Part shown: one piece after another, positions 41,147-51,237 of the stretch
Position numbering within the stretch: position 1 is the first letter of the stretch
Layout of the letters: every line of letters starts with the position of its first letter
IMG/VR virus record: IMGVR_UViG_3300049629_001293
Coordinates: 1 to 64,000 of that record
DNA: 64,000 nucleotides
Origin: a virus
Taxonomy: Duplodnaviria > Caudoviricetes
Reading direction: 5' to 3' (one strand)
Program-made: the position numbers and the translations under genes
Notes under the pieces: model-generated
Told to the model about the DNA's origin: nothing
Seen by the model: the letters and a program-made list of their open reading frames with translations, nothing else
Databases searched by the model: none

Positions 41147-44100
41147 CTAATTACGGGAGAGATTAACCATTTGCTGAATAACATTTTCTAATCTTGGCTC
41201 CACTTGTTTCTTAATTGATTCCCCCACTTTTTGATCGCCGTTTACGGTAATTGGGATATTTATTGTTGGAGAGATTGTCGTCTGCCCTTTCTCTGTGGCT
41301 TGTTGCAACGCCCGTAAGAAGTCTGGGGGAATACTAGGGGATAAAACGGGAGACAGGGCAGAGGGAAGTTTGAGAGGATCTGTTAATTGAGGAGAAGGTG
41401 CTGATCCCCCTCCAAGTCCGCCAGTGAGTTTGTAGATTTCAGAAGATGCGCTACCTGTTGCACCAGAGAACTCCCCATCCCCTCTTATGCTCCGCATTGT
41501 TCCCTCTGCGGACATCCCTCCTGGCAATCTTCTGCTCCCTTTTAATCCACTTTCTCTGAGGGCTTGCTCTCCCGTCGCTGCGGCTCGACCCGTTAGATCG
41601 CTTACACTGTCCACTCCAAAACCATCAAGCACGCTGGCAGTAATATCTGTAAAACGCTGCCGTTTTAATGATCTGTTACTGGTGTTGTTGGCCAAGTCTA
41701 CCTGTGCCGAGCGAATAGCCCCTTGACTACGGAATTCCAACGCTTCTCTCTGGAGTTTGAAAACTTTTGACTGGTTAATGTCTTGTCTCCGTAATAAATC
41801 CAAGTTTTGCTCTTGGTAGCCAACGTTCTCTCCTGCTATATCTGCCGCTGTTTGCAGGTCGTCTAACTCTTCTGGGGTTGTTCTAGGATCTTTCTTGGCT
41901 GATTTAAGAGCATTATCAGCTTTTCTTTTTTCAACTTTCGCATCATTCAACGCCCTTCTAGCAGCTAGTTTGTCCCGTTCTATTTCAATATCTTTCATTA
42001 ATTGTTGGGATATCAGGCTTTGTCTATCAAATTCAGCTTGTTGCATAGCTGATTTTAATTTAATAGCCGAGATTAATTCAGCGAGTTGTTTTTTCTTCCG
42101 TTCAGAGCGTTCTCCTTGGACTAAAGCATCTAATTCCCCTGAGTAAAAGCTACTAGCCGCGTCAAACACCCCTTTTTGTGCGTCCTGTAATTCCGAACGC
42201 ATTTGAAGGGCTTTATTGAGAATATCGAATTTCCGACTCTGATTATCTAGTTCGTTATTCTGGCGTTTAATAGTGTTCTCATAGGCCTGTGCTTCCTTGT
42301 TTAACCCTGCTTCGTATTTCCTTACGATTGCATCAATCAACTGCCCCTGAGCCTCAACCAACTGCAACTGGAGCTTAATTTTCTCGCTAGCATCCGTCTC
42401 TAAACTAATTTTGGTTTGTAATGTTCTAATGGCTTGCTGTGCTATTGTTAGATCATATTCTTCCCCGAAAATCTTCCCTTGGTTTAGCAGGGTTTTTAAG
42501 GCAATTATTTCCTTAGTATTCTTAATCTCGGTTTCGGCAATCTCTAATGCTGCCCAGGCTTCTCGTTCTTCCCTGGTAGCTTCCTCTAGGGACAGCCTTA
42601 ATTTGGCTTGCTTATTGACATCTTTTTCTCGGCTAAGTTGAAATTCCAACTCCTGAACTTTATCGGTAGCACTTGAAGCCCCTTCTAGCTCCCTGAGTGC
42701 GTTACCACTACTAATCTGCTTTTCTATGCTTAATAATTGAGCATCATTCTCTTTGGCGATGTTCCCTAAAACGGTTTGAGTGTGGGCATCCCAGGCTTCC
42801 TTCTCGGTTTTCAACATCCCCAGGGATTGTTGGAGTTGTTCTTGTCTTAGCTTTCTGATTTCAGTTTGTCTATTAGCCTCTAGTCGTGGGTCTGAGAGTG
42901 CGGGTTGAGCTTTTTTTGCCTCTAGTTTTTTAAATGTGTTATTGTATTCAGACTCAAGAGTTTTGAGGTTGTTTTTAATATTTTCCTCGTCAACTAAGTT
43001 CCGATCACCTCCAAATTCATTAAACGACCTCTGAACTTCATTTTGTCTAATTAATTCAGCTTCTTTAACTAAATCAACAGTTTTTTTAAGTTGTTTTTCT
43101 AGTGTAGAAAGTTCTTGGTCGTAGCCATCCTTGATTGTTTTTTGACGCTGAACCTGGAGTTTTCCGATTTCGGCGTTGACAGCTTCTCGACCTTCTTTGT
43201 CAGTATCCGCTAACTTCTTTAATTTGTTCTGTTGTTGCCTGATTTGTTCATCTAACCCCTTGATTTGTAATTGTGATTTTTGGCTATTGTAGTTTTCCTC
43301 CGTGGATAGTCCTTGAGCAAGATATCCCTCGATGATTGACTGTTGCTCCTGAAAGTTTTTAACCAGTTCCTCGTTTCGTTTAGATCGTTCCTCTGCAATG
43401 GCTTTAGTGATATCCGATTCTATTTTCTTAATTTCTTCCCCTGCTTTTCGGACTGCTTCAAGATTTCCAAAGGATTGTTGTTCAGACTGAATCCGTTGTT
43501 GTGCTGCCTTGCGTTCCTCTAATTCCTTAATTGTTAGTTCGGTGGTTAATCTCTCTGATTCTCTAATTCCTATCTCCCCATTCTTTTGTTGAGACTCTAT
43601 TTCGGCTTTTTGTTTTGCGATAGTATCGGATCGCTTTTTGCTTTCCTGCTCAATGACTTTAGTAATTGTTTCCTGTGCTTTGCGTTGAACCTCTTGATCT
43701 AACCTTGTATCATGGGCTAATTGACGGAGTTTGCTAGTAACATCCCTATCAATCGTTTGCCCCATTTCTAATAGAGCCATGTTAAACTCAATAACCTCGG
43801 ACGCTTTTTTCTTGAATACCTCCTGATCTCCAGATGGTTTTAGAATTGCATCCATAGCTTCATTTGCTTTTTTCTTTAACTGTTCTAACGCTGTTCCTAA
43901 TACCGTTAAATCTTTTGGGGCAATAACCACGTTAGAGGAGGCTTGGGCTAATGCCGTTTTTAACTTTTCTAACTCGCCTATTTGAGATTGAATATTAGAC
44001 TTGTTAGCATCCCCTTTAACCGTTCTTTCTTGTTCTTTTAATGCAGCTATCTGATCCTCGATAAGTCCAATTCTTAGCCGTGCCTGTGTTTGCAATTGCC

Positions 44101-46192
44101 GATTTTTCCTGTATTCTCCATCCGTTAATCTAATACCTAATTTATCAGCTTCCTGTTGCTTTTTCTGAGCCACAGACAGTTTCTCAAGGGATTCAATAGC
44201 CAAATCCCCGTATTCCTCTGTTCGGGTTGCTAGTTCGGTTGTTGCCTTCGTAGAATCGTTTAAGGATTGACTATAAAGAACGAGTCCAACCCCTCCCAAA
44301 ACCGCAGCCACAGCCAATAAAGGTGCTAATAGTGCTGCGGTTGATAGTACCAATCCTTTTATTGCAACACCCAATCCTCCGACCGTCAAAGTCCCCGCAG
44401 CCGCAGCCGATGACAATCCCAACAATGAACTCGCGGCACTCCCAGCACTTGCAGCCATCCCAGCCAAACCAAGGGAACTTAATACCCCCGACAAAACAAA
44501 AAATGCCGTGGTGGCACTACTTACAACACCAGCCAATTGAATTTTAATGAAGGACAATATCGCAGGGATTAATTGGGCGCGGAAGGCGATCGCTAAACCA
44601 GTAACAACAACTGTTGAGGTAATTAAAGCGGACTGCCACGATCCAACCAGAATGTTGATAACCTCACCCAAACCCCCTGCAACCCCTCCGAGAACCTCCA
44701 TCAAGGCTTTATTCTGAAGAATAAATGTGTCAATTGCCTTAAACGCAGCAAAGGCGACAACCGCAACCCCGACACTCTTGAGGACATTCCCCAGTGCGGC
44801 GGTTGCAGCCGTGATTAGGGTCACAGATCCGGGTATCAGTCGGAGATTGGCGAATAATCGCGCCGCTCCTGTTGCACTAAAAACAGAAGCTCCCCCTAAA
44901 CTTGTGAATGCTGCTGCCAATCCCCACGCGTTCCTTGCTAATAACAGCAGTAGCTGTCCCACGCCCGGAAGGAGAATATTCCCCAAAACCCCGAAAGCGG
45001 AGGTAAGTAACTTGACCCCAAAAACGAGAGATTTAACCTGTAGAGCAACTACTAAAAACCCACCAGCTAGAGGTGCTATAGCCCCTGACAAAGCCGAAAA
45101 TAGATTCAGTGCTGGACGCAATACCGCCATTGTGAATCCCAGCCCTTGATTCAGTGCCTCCAATGCGTTCGCCAGAGAGGTAAACAAGAATAGGGGGACA
45201 TCTTTAAAAACCGTCACTACATCCCCCAAGACGGTTTTAAAAATAGATTGAAAAGCTAGACCCGCGCGAAGGATCTGATCTGTAACCTTCCCTGATTCAC
45301 CCACCAACATCTCAAGGTTCGTTTGTAAAAACTTATAGACTTCGTTTAGGGATTGAGTCAAAGGTGCTAATAGTTTTTCCCCCGATCTTTGTCCTATTAA
45401 TTCAAACATTTCTTGAATGTTTGACGTTACTCCAGAAAAACTCTGTGCGGCTAATTTATTTCCAGCCCTAAACGCAGACAATCGTGTGGTTAATTCCTGA
45501 ACTAAAGTCCCTTGAGCCTTCCACTTGGCAACCATCGTGTTAGTTATTCCTAACGATTTAGCCAAGATAGAATTCATGTCAATTGTTCCTAGGAAAATTG
45601 ATTGAATCTCTTGTCTACTTTGATATAAAGGAACCTGTAATGTCCCCAAAGCAGCTGCAAAGTCAATGGTTAGACTCCGTGCATCGCTTAGGGTAGCCCC
45701 GATAGGTGTAGCTCCTTGTGCGACCTGTTGAAATATTGGGATTAATTCCTTTGACGTGACCCCAACTAGATCAATAGAATCAATCCTTAACTGTCTAATC
45801 TGATCATTTATAGGTTGATTGAGAGCTAAGATAGCCTGGGTGGGATCTTTAATCTCAAACCCATTACTAATAATTTTTGAAGTTGCTGCCATCGTTGATG
45901 CGACCGATAGCAACTGCCCTTGTAGTTCGACAGTTTGTCCAATCAACAATTTAAACGGGCCGTTAGAAACCAACCCTCGAAGCGTTGACATCCCCTGCCC
46001 AAAGAATCCAATAACTGAGGTCGTCTGAACAATTGAGCTTGTCACTCCCCCAAAAGATTCACGGAATAAATCAAAAACCTGCAAAGGCTGACGCAGACCG
46101 AGGAGGCTTTCCCCTAGATCCCTGATTACATCGACAGCCTGGCTGGCGTTTGCTGTAATCGTAATAGTAGTCCCGCCAAATCCTGCCACCAT
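41147..46192 (-). CDS. tail tape measure protein
   Basis: 1681 aa; N-terminal TMP-like helical domain, hydrophobic A/G/L/V middle, long coiled coils, INI.V.G C-terminus. Confidence 0.85.
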   Translation of the reverse strand: MVAGFGGTTITITANASQAVDVIRDLGESLLGLRQPLQVFDLFRESFGGVTSSIVQTTSVIGFFGQGMSTLRGLVSNGPFKLLIGQTVELQGQLLSVASTMAATSKIISNGFEIKDPTQAILALNQPINDQIRQLRIDSIDLVGVTSKELIPIFQQVAQGATPIGATLSDARSLTIDFAAALGTLQVPLYQSRQEIQSIFLGTIDMNSILAKSLGITNTMVAKWKAQGTLVQELTTRLSAFRAGNKLAAQSFSGVTSNIQEMFELIGQRSGEKLLAPLTQSLNEVYKFLQTNLEMLVGESGKVTDQILRAGLAFQSIFKTVLGDVVTVFKDVPLFLFTSLANALEALNQGLGFTMAVLRPALNLFSALSGAIAPLAGGFLVVALQVKSLVFGVKLLTSAFGVLGNILLPGVGQLLLLLARNAWGLAAAFTSLGGASVFSATGAARLFANLRLIPGSVTLITAATAALGNVLKSVGVAVVAFAAFKAIDTFILQNKALMEVLGGVAGGLGEVINILVGSWQSALITSTVVVTGLAIAFRAQLIPAILSFIKIQLAGVVSSATTAFFVLSGVLSSLGLAGMAASAGSAASSLLGLSSAAAAGTLTVGGLGVAIKGLVLSTAALLAPLLAVAAVLGGVGLVLYSQSLNDSTKATTELATRTEEYGDLAIESLEKLSVAQKKQQEADKLGIRLTDGEYRKNRQLQTQARLRIGLIEDQIAALKEQERTVKGDANKSNIQSQIGELEKLKTALAQASSNVVIAPKDLTVLGTALEQLKKKANEAMDAILKPSGDQEVFKKKASEVIEFNMALLEMGQTIDRDVTSKLRQLAHDTRLDQEVQRKAQETITKVIEQESKKRSDTIAKQKAEIESQQKNGEIGIRESERLTTELTIKELEERKAAQQRIQSEQQSFGNLEAVRKAGEEIKKIESDITKAIAEERSKRNEELVKNFQEQQSIIEGYLAQGLSTEENYNSQKSQLQIKGLDEQIRQQQNKLKKLADTDKEGREAVNAEIGKLQVQRQKTIKDGYDQELSTLEKQLKKTVDLVKEAELIRQNEVQRSFNEFGGDRNLVDEENIKNNLKTLESEYNNTFKKLEAKKAQPALSDPRLEANRQTEIRKLRQEQLQQSLGMLKTEKEAWDAHTQTVLGNIAKENDAQLLSIEKQISSGNALRELEGASSATDKVQELEFQLSREKDVNKQAKLRLSLEEATREEREAWAALEIAETEIKNTKEIIALKTLLNQGKIFGEEYDLTIAQQAIRTLQTKISLETDASEKIKLQLQLVEAQGQLIDAIVRKYEAGLNKEAQAYENTIKRQNNELDNQSRKFDILNKALQMRSELQDAQKGVFDAASSFYSGELDALVQGERSERKKKQLAELISAIKLKSAMQQAEFDRQSLISQQLMKDIEIERDKLAARRALNDAKVEKRKADNALKSAKKDPRTTPEELDDLQTAADIAGENVGYQEQNLDLLRRQDINQSKVFKLQREALEFRSQGAIRSAQVDLANNTSNRSLKRQRFTDITASVLDGFGVDSVSDLTGRAAATGEQALRESGLKGSRRLPGGMSAEGTMRSIRGDGEFSGATGSASSEIYKLTGGLGGGSAPSPQLTDPLKLPSALSPVLSPSIPPDFLRALQQATEKGQTTISPTINIPITVNGDQKVGESIKKQVEPRLENVIQQMVNLSRN

Positions 46193-46341
46193 CTAAAAAT
46201 CCCCCTTTTCCTTGCTATGATTAAGAGACAGTTTTAATTAAATACTACGCATTGGTTTAATTGCATTGGTTTAATTGAATTGTAACAATAAAACCCCAAG
46301 AATACCTGGGGCTTTATTGTTCTCCCTACTTGTTAGGGAAA

Positions 46342-46866
46342 TTAATTGATTGGAAACGAAGACATCTCAGCGTTTAATTGCTCTATCTGCTGTTTGATTT
46401 CCCGAAACCGTGATTCATTCAAGGACGAGGCGTTATGGACATTCCCCTTAACAGACACTTGAATCCCCCCTAATAGTAAAGCAATCTTCTGATCTCCAAA
46501 TTGCTTCCCAATCTGGTCTGCGGCTTGTTTCAATAGGGCAATCTTTTCTAGGATTTCAGTGGAGGATCTTTCTTCTGAAGGGAGAGCTTCAACTGCGGCA
46601 ATCCGTTTGTCAATAACCGCCACTACTAATTTTGCCACAAAATCGACAATTTGATAGGTGTCAATCAATGGGTAAACATATCCCTCTGAGGAGTAGAAGA
46701 AATGTTCGGGGATTGAGGGACAGACAGCTTTTAAGGTGTTGCTAATTTTATTAAGCGACTCCGCGCTAGTGAATCCATCTTTTGTGCCTTCTATAGCCCA
46801 ATTCAACATAAAATCCACAGGTTTTTCCAGGGGATACTCAACACCGTCCAATACAATAGAAGCCAT
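46342..46866 (-). CDS. putative tail assembly chaperone
   Basis: I.LDG.EY.L N-terminus; lies immediately upstream of the tape measure gene. Confidence 0.45.
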   Translation of the reverse strand: MASIVLDGVEYPLEKPVDFMLNWAIEGTKDGFTSAESLNKISNTLKAVCPSIPEHFFYSSEGYVYPLIDTYQIVDFVAKLVVAVIDKRIAAVEALPSEERSSTEILEKIALLKQAADQIGKQFGDQKIALLLGGIQVSVKGNVHNASSLNESRFREIKQQIEQLNAEMSSFPIN

Positions 46867-46989
46867 ACATTTTAATCCTATAATTTCTTAACTATTCTAT
46901 CAAAAAATTAGTATTATTGGAAAATTCAAACAATTCACCAGAGAGGATGTGAAATTAGTGGGGCGTTTATTCTGATTGACCTATTAATT

Positions 46990-48549
46990 TCAGTTCCCTT
47001 GCCTAACTACAGAATAGATAAAATCAAACATTTCTGGATCGTTCTTAGCTAGGTAAATAGGGTTCCTGTGCATTAATTCTAATCCCATTGATAAAACCTC
47101 TGTATTATACATATTACTCCCGTACACTTTCCCCATGTAAGGATGTATCCATTTATCAACCTTGGTAACTTCGTAATCTTCGTAATTAAGTGGATGTACA
47201 TCTTTTAATTTTACTATCTCCTCTCCGGCAGTTCTTCTATTATAAAAATTAAGCACCTCTTTGTGTATTAAAGGGGAACGATCCTCTATCCAATGCCCAG
47301 CTTCATGTATTAATGTTGCTTTCTCCGTGGTTCCCATGTCAATAGTCCCCGTTGGCCAGCAACAGCTTCTTTGTCCTTGTTTTATTTCACGGATAGACAA
47401 TGTACTGGTTAACCCTGGAATTTCAATCATTCGAGAAAGTTCTTCTATCCCATCCTGATATTCTTTTTTTCTCTTTTTATCTAAAACTGTATTGTTAGTA
47501 TTGATTTTTGTGGGATTATCCACATAGATTAATTTTCTGGCTTCTTGAAGAATTGCCTTAATTCTTTCGTTCGTCTTGGCTCCAGTGTAGTATTCAATGT
47601 TTTCATTTGTTAAAAATTGAGCTATAACCTTTTTAGGTAAAAATCGGGGTACGGGAGGGGAATTGTTTAAGTCTTCCTGTAATTTTAATAACTGCGCTCT
47701 TTTCCCTTGTGCTTCGATCATCAATGCGTCTCGTCTTCCCTTCCGTTGTTCCAATAAAATATCTAATTCTGCATCTTTAGCCTCTTTCTCCTTTCTTTCT
47801 TTCTCCCATTTCGCTCTAATCTGATCTGCTTTTATTCTAAGTTGTTCTGATATTGTTCTGAACTTCTCATCTACCTCATTAGCTTTTTTGAGACGTTCTT
47901 GTTCCTCTAGCATTACCTGTTTCTGTTTTTCTGATTTCTTTACTTCATATTCTTTCCTTTTTCTTTGTACTTCCTCCCAGTCCTTTATTAACAAGGGTTC
48001 TGTTATTTTCTTGAGTTCATCAGCTTTTTTAAGAAATTCTTTTTCTTCTTCGGGTAAAATACCTGGTTTCGTTGATCGTCTTAAATATTTTGCTCGTAAT
48101 TCGTTTAATTTAAAAAGCCTTTCCTGAGAAAAATCGTCCTGAGCATTGGCTCTGCAACTTTTCTTGATATTGATACAAATACTTCCACAATTATAGGAAG
48201 TTGGCTTTACACACTGGGCTTTCTCCCTTTTCGCTCCCCCTGCATCAATTCGGTAAGAATAACCTGCTGAGAAGTCTTCCCAATTCTTTAAATCAACACC
48301 CCGACTATCAATTCTAGGGGTGAATGGTTTATAAACAACCGACTTCCTGTTTATCTCAAAGGAAAACACACGAGATCTGGTTAAGTCCTTAAACCGCCCT
48401 GTTATCTTTTCATTCTCCAGGGTTCCAGGATCGAAATCTAGCACAATGACCGGAGCATTATAGGCAAATGACATTGACAGAATTTGACCTATTGCCAATC
48501 TCATCTGAGCTTCGGAAGGTGCCATGTTAGGGGCAAAAGATTGAACCAT
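46990..48549 (-). CDS. array member: leader + Cys motif + coiled coil + HExxH peptidase-like domain
   Basis: FAYNAPV leader; CVKPTSYNCGSICINIKKSC; LIHEAGHWIE; EVLSMGLE. Confidence 0.8.
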   Translation of the reverse strand: MVQSFAPNMAPSEAQMRLAIGQILSMSFAYNAPVIVLDFDPGTLENEKITGRFKDLTRSRVFSFEINRKSVVYKPFTPRIDSRGVDLKNWEDFSAGYSYRIDAGGAKREKAQCVKPTSYNCGSICINIKKSCRANAQDDFSQERLFKLNELRAKYLRRSTKPGILPEEEKEFLKKADELKKITEPLLIKDWEEVQRKRKEYEVKKSEKQKQVMLEEQERLKKANEVDEKFRTISEQLRIKADQIRAKWEKERKEKEAKDAELDILLEQRKGRRDALMIEAQGKRAQLLKLQEDLNNSPPVPRFLPKKVIAQFLTNENIEYYTGAKTNERIKAILQEARKLIYVDNPTKINTNNTVLDKKRKKEYQDGIEELSRMIEIPGLTSTLSIREIKQGQRSCCWPTGTIDMGTTEKATLIHEAGHWIEDRSPLIHKEVLNFYNRRTAGEEIVKLKDVHPLNYEDYEVTKVDKWIHPYMGKVYGSNMYNTEVLSMGLELMHRNPIYLAKNDPEMFDFIYSVVRQGN

Positions 48550-48557
48550 GATTCTAC

Positions 48558-48857
48558 TTAATAAACAATTTCAGACTCATCAACCACTTTCCCGTTAATT
48601 ACCAAAGGAGGAGGAGCAATAGGTTGATCCATCACTGTCCCGTCAAAAGTCTTCGCCAGTTCTGTTGCAATCAACCAATCGGGGTCGGGAGTTGCAGGGG
48701 AATTAAGCCAGAAGAAAGGCGAGTCAGGGTCTATGGCTGCCAATTTCTCCATTGCTAATACATTGTTCAGGATCGAGGCATAATGGGGCGTTGAGGATGT
48801 CCAAACTCCATTCTCAATAACTGCCACTACACCGTTGATTTTGACGCGATAAGCCAT
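48558..48857 (-). CDS. small acidic protein within the array
   Basis: 99 aa; coupled between two peptidase-like genes; lacks the shared motifs. Confidence 0.65.
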   Translation of the reverse strand: MAYRVKINGVVAVIENGVWTSSTPHYASILNNVLAMEKLAAIDPDSPFFWLNSPATPDPDWLIATELAKTFDGTVMDQPIAPPPLVINGKVVDESEIVY

Positions 48858-48858
48858 G

Positions 48859-50025
48859 TTAACCTCTTCTAACTACCGAATAAATAAAATCAAACATATC
48901 GGGGTCTTGTTTAGCGAGTGCGACTGGATTCCTATACATTAATTCTAAACCCATTGAGAGAATTTCCGTTGACTCGTCAGGATAAACTTTTCCCATATAA
49001 GGACGCATCCATTTATCAACCTTTGTTATTTCAGTATCTCTATACGATTTGATTCCGGTTGCGTCTCGCATTTTGACCGCTTTTTCTCCCTTTGTCCTGC
49101 GATTGTAAAATTCTACAACTTCTTTCTTTATTTCTGGGACGGAGTATTCTATCCAGTGACTTAATTCGTGAATAACTGTACCAGGGTCATCATTCCCCAT
49201 TGACACGGTTTTATCTGCATTATTATAATAACTTCTCTTATCTCCCTCTGGCAAGCCTTTGACATTAACCTTACTCGTTAAACCAGGAATTGACACCATT
49301 AAAGACAGTGATTGAATCCCCTCATCCCATCGGGATTTATTCTTTTTATCTTTTACTTTAACATTAAGATTTGTAGGTAAGTTGACTTGAACTAATTTCC
49401 TGACTTCACTTGAAAACCTTTTGAAGTCTTCTGATGCAGCCTCTAATTCTCTTAATTTACCTTCACTTAAAATATCAGCCAATGGCGGATTCGTTTTTAA
49501 TAGTTTATCAATTTCTTTCTTTGTTCTTTTTATTAATTTAGCTAAGTATTTCTCTGGCTTTCCATCGTCAATAGCCTTTATAATAGCACTACCTTTGTGT
49601 TTAGAAGGATCAAATTTAGATATAAAATCCTCTGACATTTTATCTAATCGTCCCCTAACTTCTTTCGCTTCTTCTAATAACCTAACTTTTCTTTGTTCTG
49701 GGGTTTCTGGTTTATTTATTGGTTTCTCTTTAGCAAGCAAGGGAATGTCGGGGGTGAAATCATTGATTGACTTTAAGTTGTCGACACCAGGAGGAATAAT
49801 AGGATTGGATTTAATAGCCTTTTCTTTTGCAGACCTTCTACTAACGGCGGTAACGTAATCAATTCCTATCGCTTTTAGCTTCTCAAGCCTATCCTTTGAC
49901 CTAGAATCATTCGGAACTATCCTGCAATTTTTCTTAACATTAATGCAAGATAGACCACAATTATAGGAAGTAGTCTTTACACATTGAGCTTTCTTTTCCC
50001 TCTTGTCTTCTCTATATTTAATCAT
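48859..50025 (-). CDS. array member: Cys motif + HExxH peptidase-like domain
   Basis: CVKTTSYNCGLSCINVKKNC; VIHELSHWIE; EILSMGLE. Confidence 0.8.
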   Translation of the reverse strand: MIKYREDKREKKAQCVKTTSYNCGLSCINVKKNCRIVPNDSRSKDRLEKLKAIGIDYVTAVSRRSAKEKAIKSNPIIPPGVDNLKSINDFTPDIPLLAKEKPINKPETPEQRKVRLLEEAKEVRGRLDKMSEDFISKFDPSKHKGSAIIKAIDDGKPEKYLAKLIKRTKKEIDKLLKTNPPLADILSEGKLRELEAASEDFKRFSSEVRKLVQVNLPTNLNVKVKDKKNKSRWDEGIQSLSLMVSIPGLTSKVNVKGLPEGDKRSYYNNADKTVSMGNDDPGTVIHELSHWIEYSVPEIKKEVVEFYNRRTKGEKAVKMRDATGIKSYRDTEITKVDKWMRPYMGKVYPDESTEILSMGLELMYRNPVALAKQDPDMFDFIYSVVRRG

Positions 50026-51122
50026 TTTCTCCTCACAACACTATAAATAAAATCAAACATTTCAGGATCATTCTTGGCTAGATATACCGGATTCCTATAC
50101 ATTAATTCCATCCCCATTGATAATATTTCAGAAGCATTTTTATATTCTTTGCCCATATAAGGATTTAACCATTTATCAACTTTTGTAACCTCATCATCTC
50201 TATAGTTCTTGTTTCCTGTAACTTCGCTCATCTTAACGGTTTTTTCCCCTGCCGTTCGCTTTTCGTAAAAAGATTCAACTTCTTCTCTAATCCCTGGCAC
50301 TTTCTCCTCTAGCCAATGACTCATCTCGTGAACTACAACAGCAGGGTCAGGATTCCCCATATAAACATTATTTGTTTTCGGTTTGTAATAGCTTCTCCCT
50401 TTTCTTTCTGGCGGAGCATTAACTATATTAACTGGAGCATCCAGCCCTGGAATTGAGATCATTTTTTGGAATACCTCAACACCTTTTTGATGGGATCTAG
50501 GATTTCCGGTTTTGACGGATGAATTCAACTTAGTTGGACTATCCACTTCTACCAATTTTCTAGCCTTCTCTAAAAAAGCCTGAGCTTCTTTGTTCGAGGT
50601 ATTAAACACTCTCTCCGCCCTTGCTGATAGCCTCTCAGCCTCTTGTGGGTCTTCTTGCGACAAACCCTTGATTTTCTTACTGTAAAGAAGTTTATTCTTT
50701 TTAAGTTGCCGAACGGGGTTCTCCGATTCAAGTAACGAGGCAGTCCCTTTCTTCGTAACAGATGTTTCGCTAACGCCCTCGTATAATTTCAGCAGTTCCT
50801 CTCGCTTGCTTGCAGCCTCCGCTTTTAGTCGTGCTTTCCTGCGAGCTTGATTGATAATCTTCCTGTCCACTGCCAACTCGGACGCTTCTGTTTTTCTGGC
50901 TTTTTCTACCACGCCAACCAATTCATCGGCCGCGGCTTTTTGCCTTAAAGACCTTGCTGACTTCGATTTTGATTGAGCATAGAATTGAGAGATTTGTTTT
51001 AACCTCTGAAGACGCGATCGCCCAAAAGATTCAGAAGGGACTTGCCGGCAATTTTTAGAGACGTTAATACAGGCGTTGCCACAGTTATAGGATGTTGGCT
51101 TTTCGCATTTGGGCTTCTTCAT
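50022..51122 (-). CDS. array member: Cys motif + HExxH peptidase-like domain
   Basis: CEKPTSYNCGNACINVSKNC; VVHEMSHWLE; EILSMGME. Confidence 0.8.
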   Translation of the reverse strand: MKKPKCEKPTSYNCGNACINVSKNCRQVPSESFGRSRLQRLKQISQFYAQSKSKSARSLRQKAAADELVGVVEKARKTEASELAVDRKIINQARRKARLKAEAASKREELLKLYEGVSETSVTKKGTASLLESENPVRQLKKNKLLYSKKIKGLSQEDPQEAERLSARAERVFNTSNKEAQAFLEKARKLVEVDSPTKLNSSVKTGNPRSHQKGVEVFQKMISIPGLDAPVNIVNAPPERKGRSYYKPKTNNVYMGNPDPAVVVHEMSHWLEEKVPGIREEVESFYEKRTAGEKTVKMSEVTGNKNYRDDEVTKVDKWLNPYMGKEYKNASEILSMGMELMYRNPVYLAKNDPEMFDFIYSVVRRK

Positions 51123-51237
51123 TTCAGAACATCACCATTAAGTTTATTGGGTTACTTTTTTGTATTGATTTTTCTTCGAGATAAAGCATAATTAATAGTA
51201 GGAATTAACTATGTTTTATTTGGGATTGAGTCGTCGC

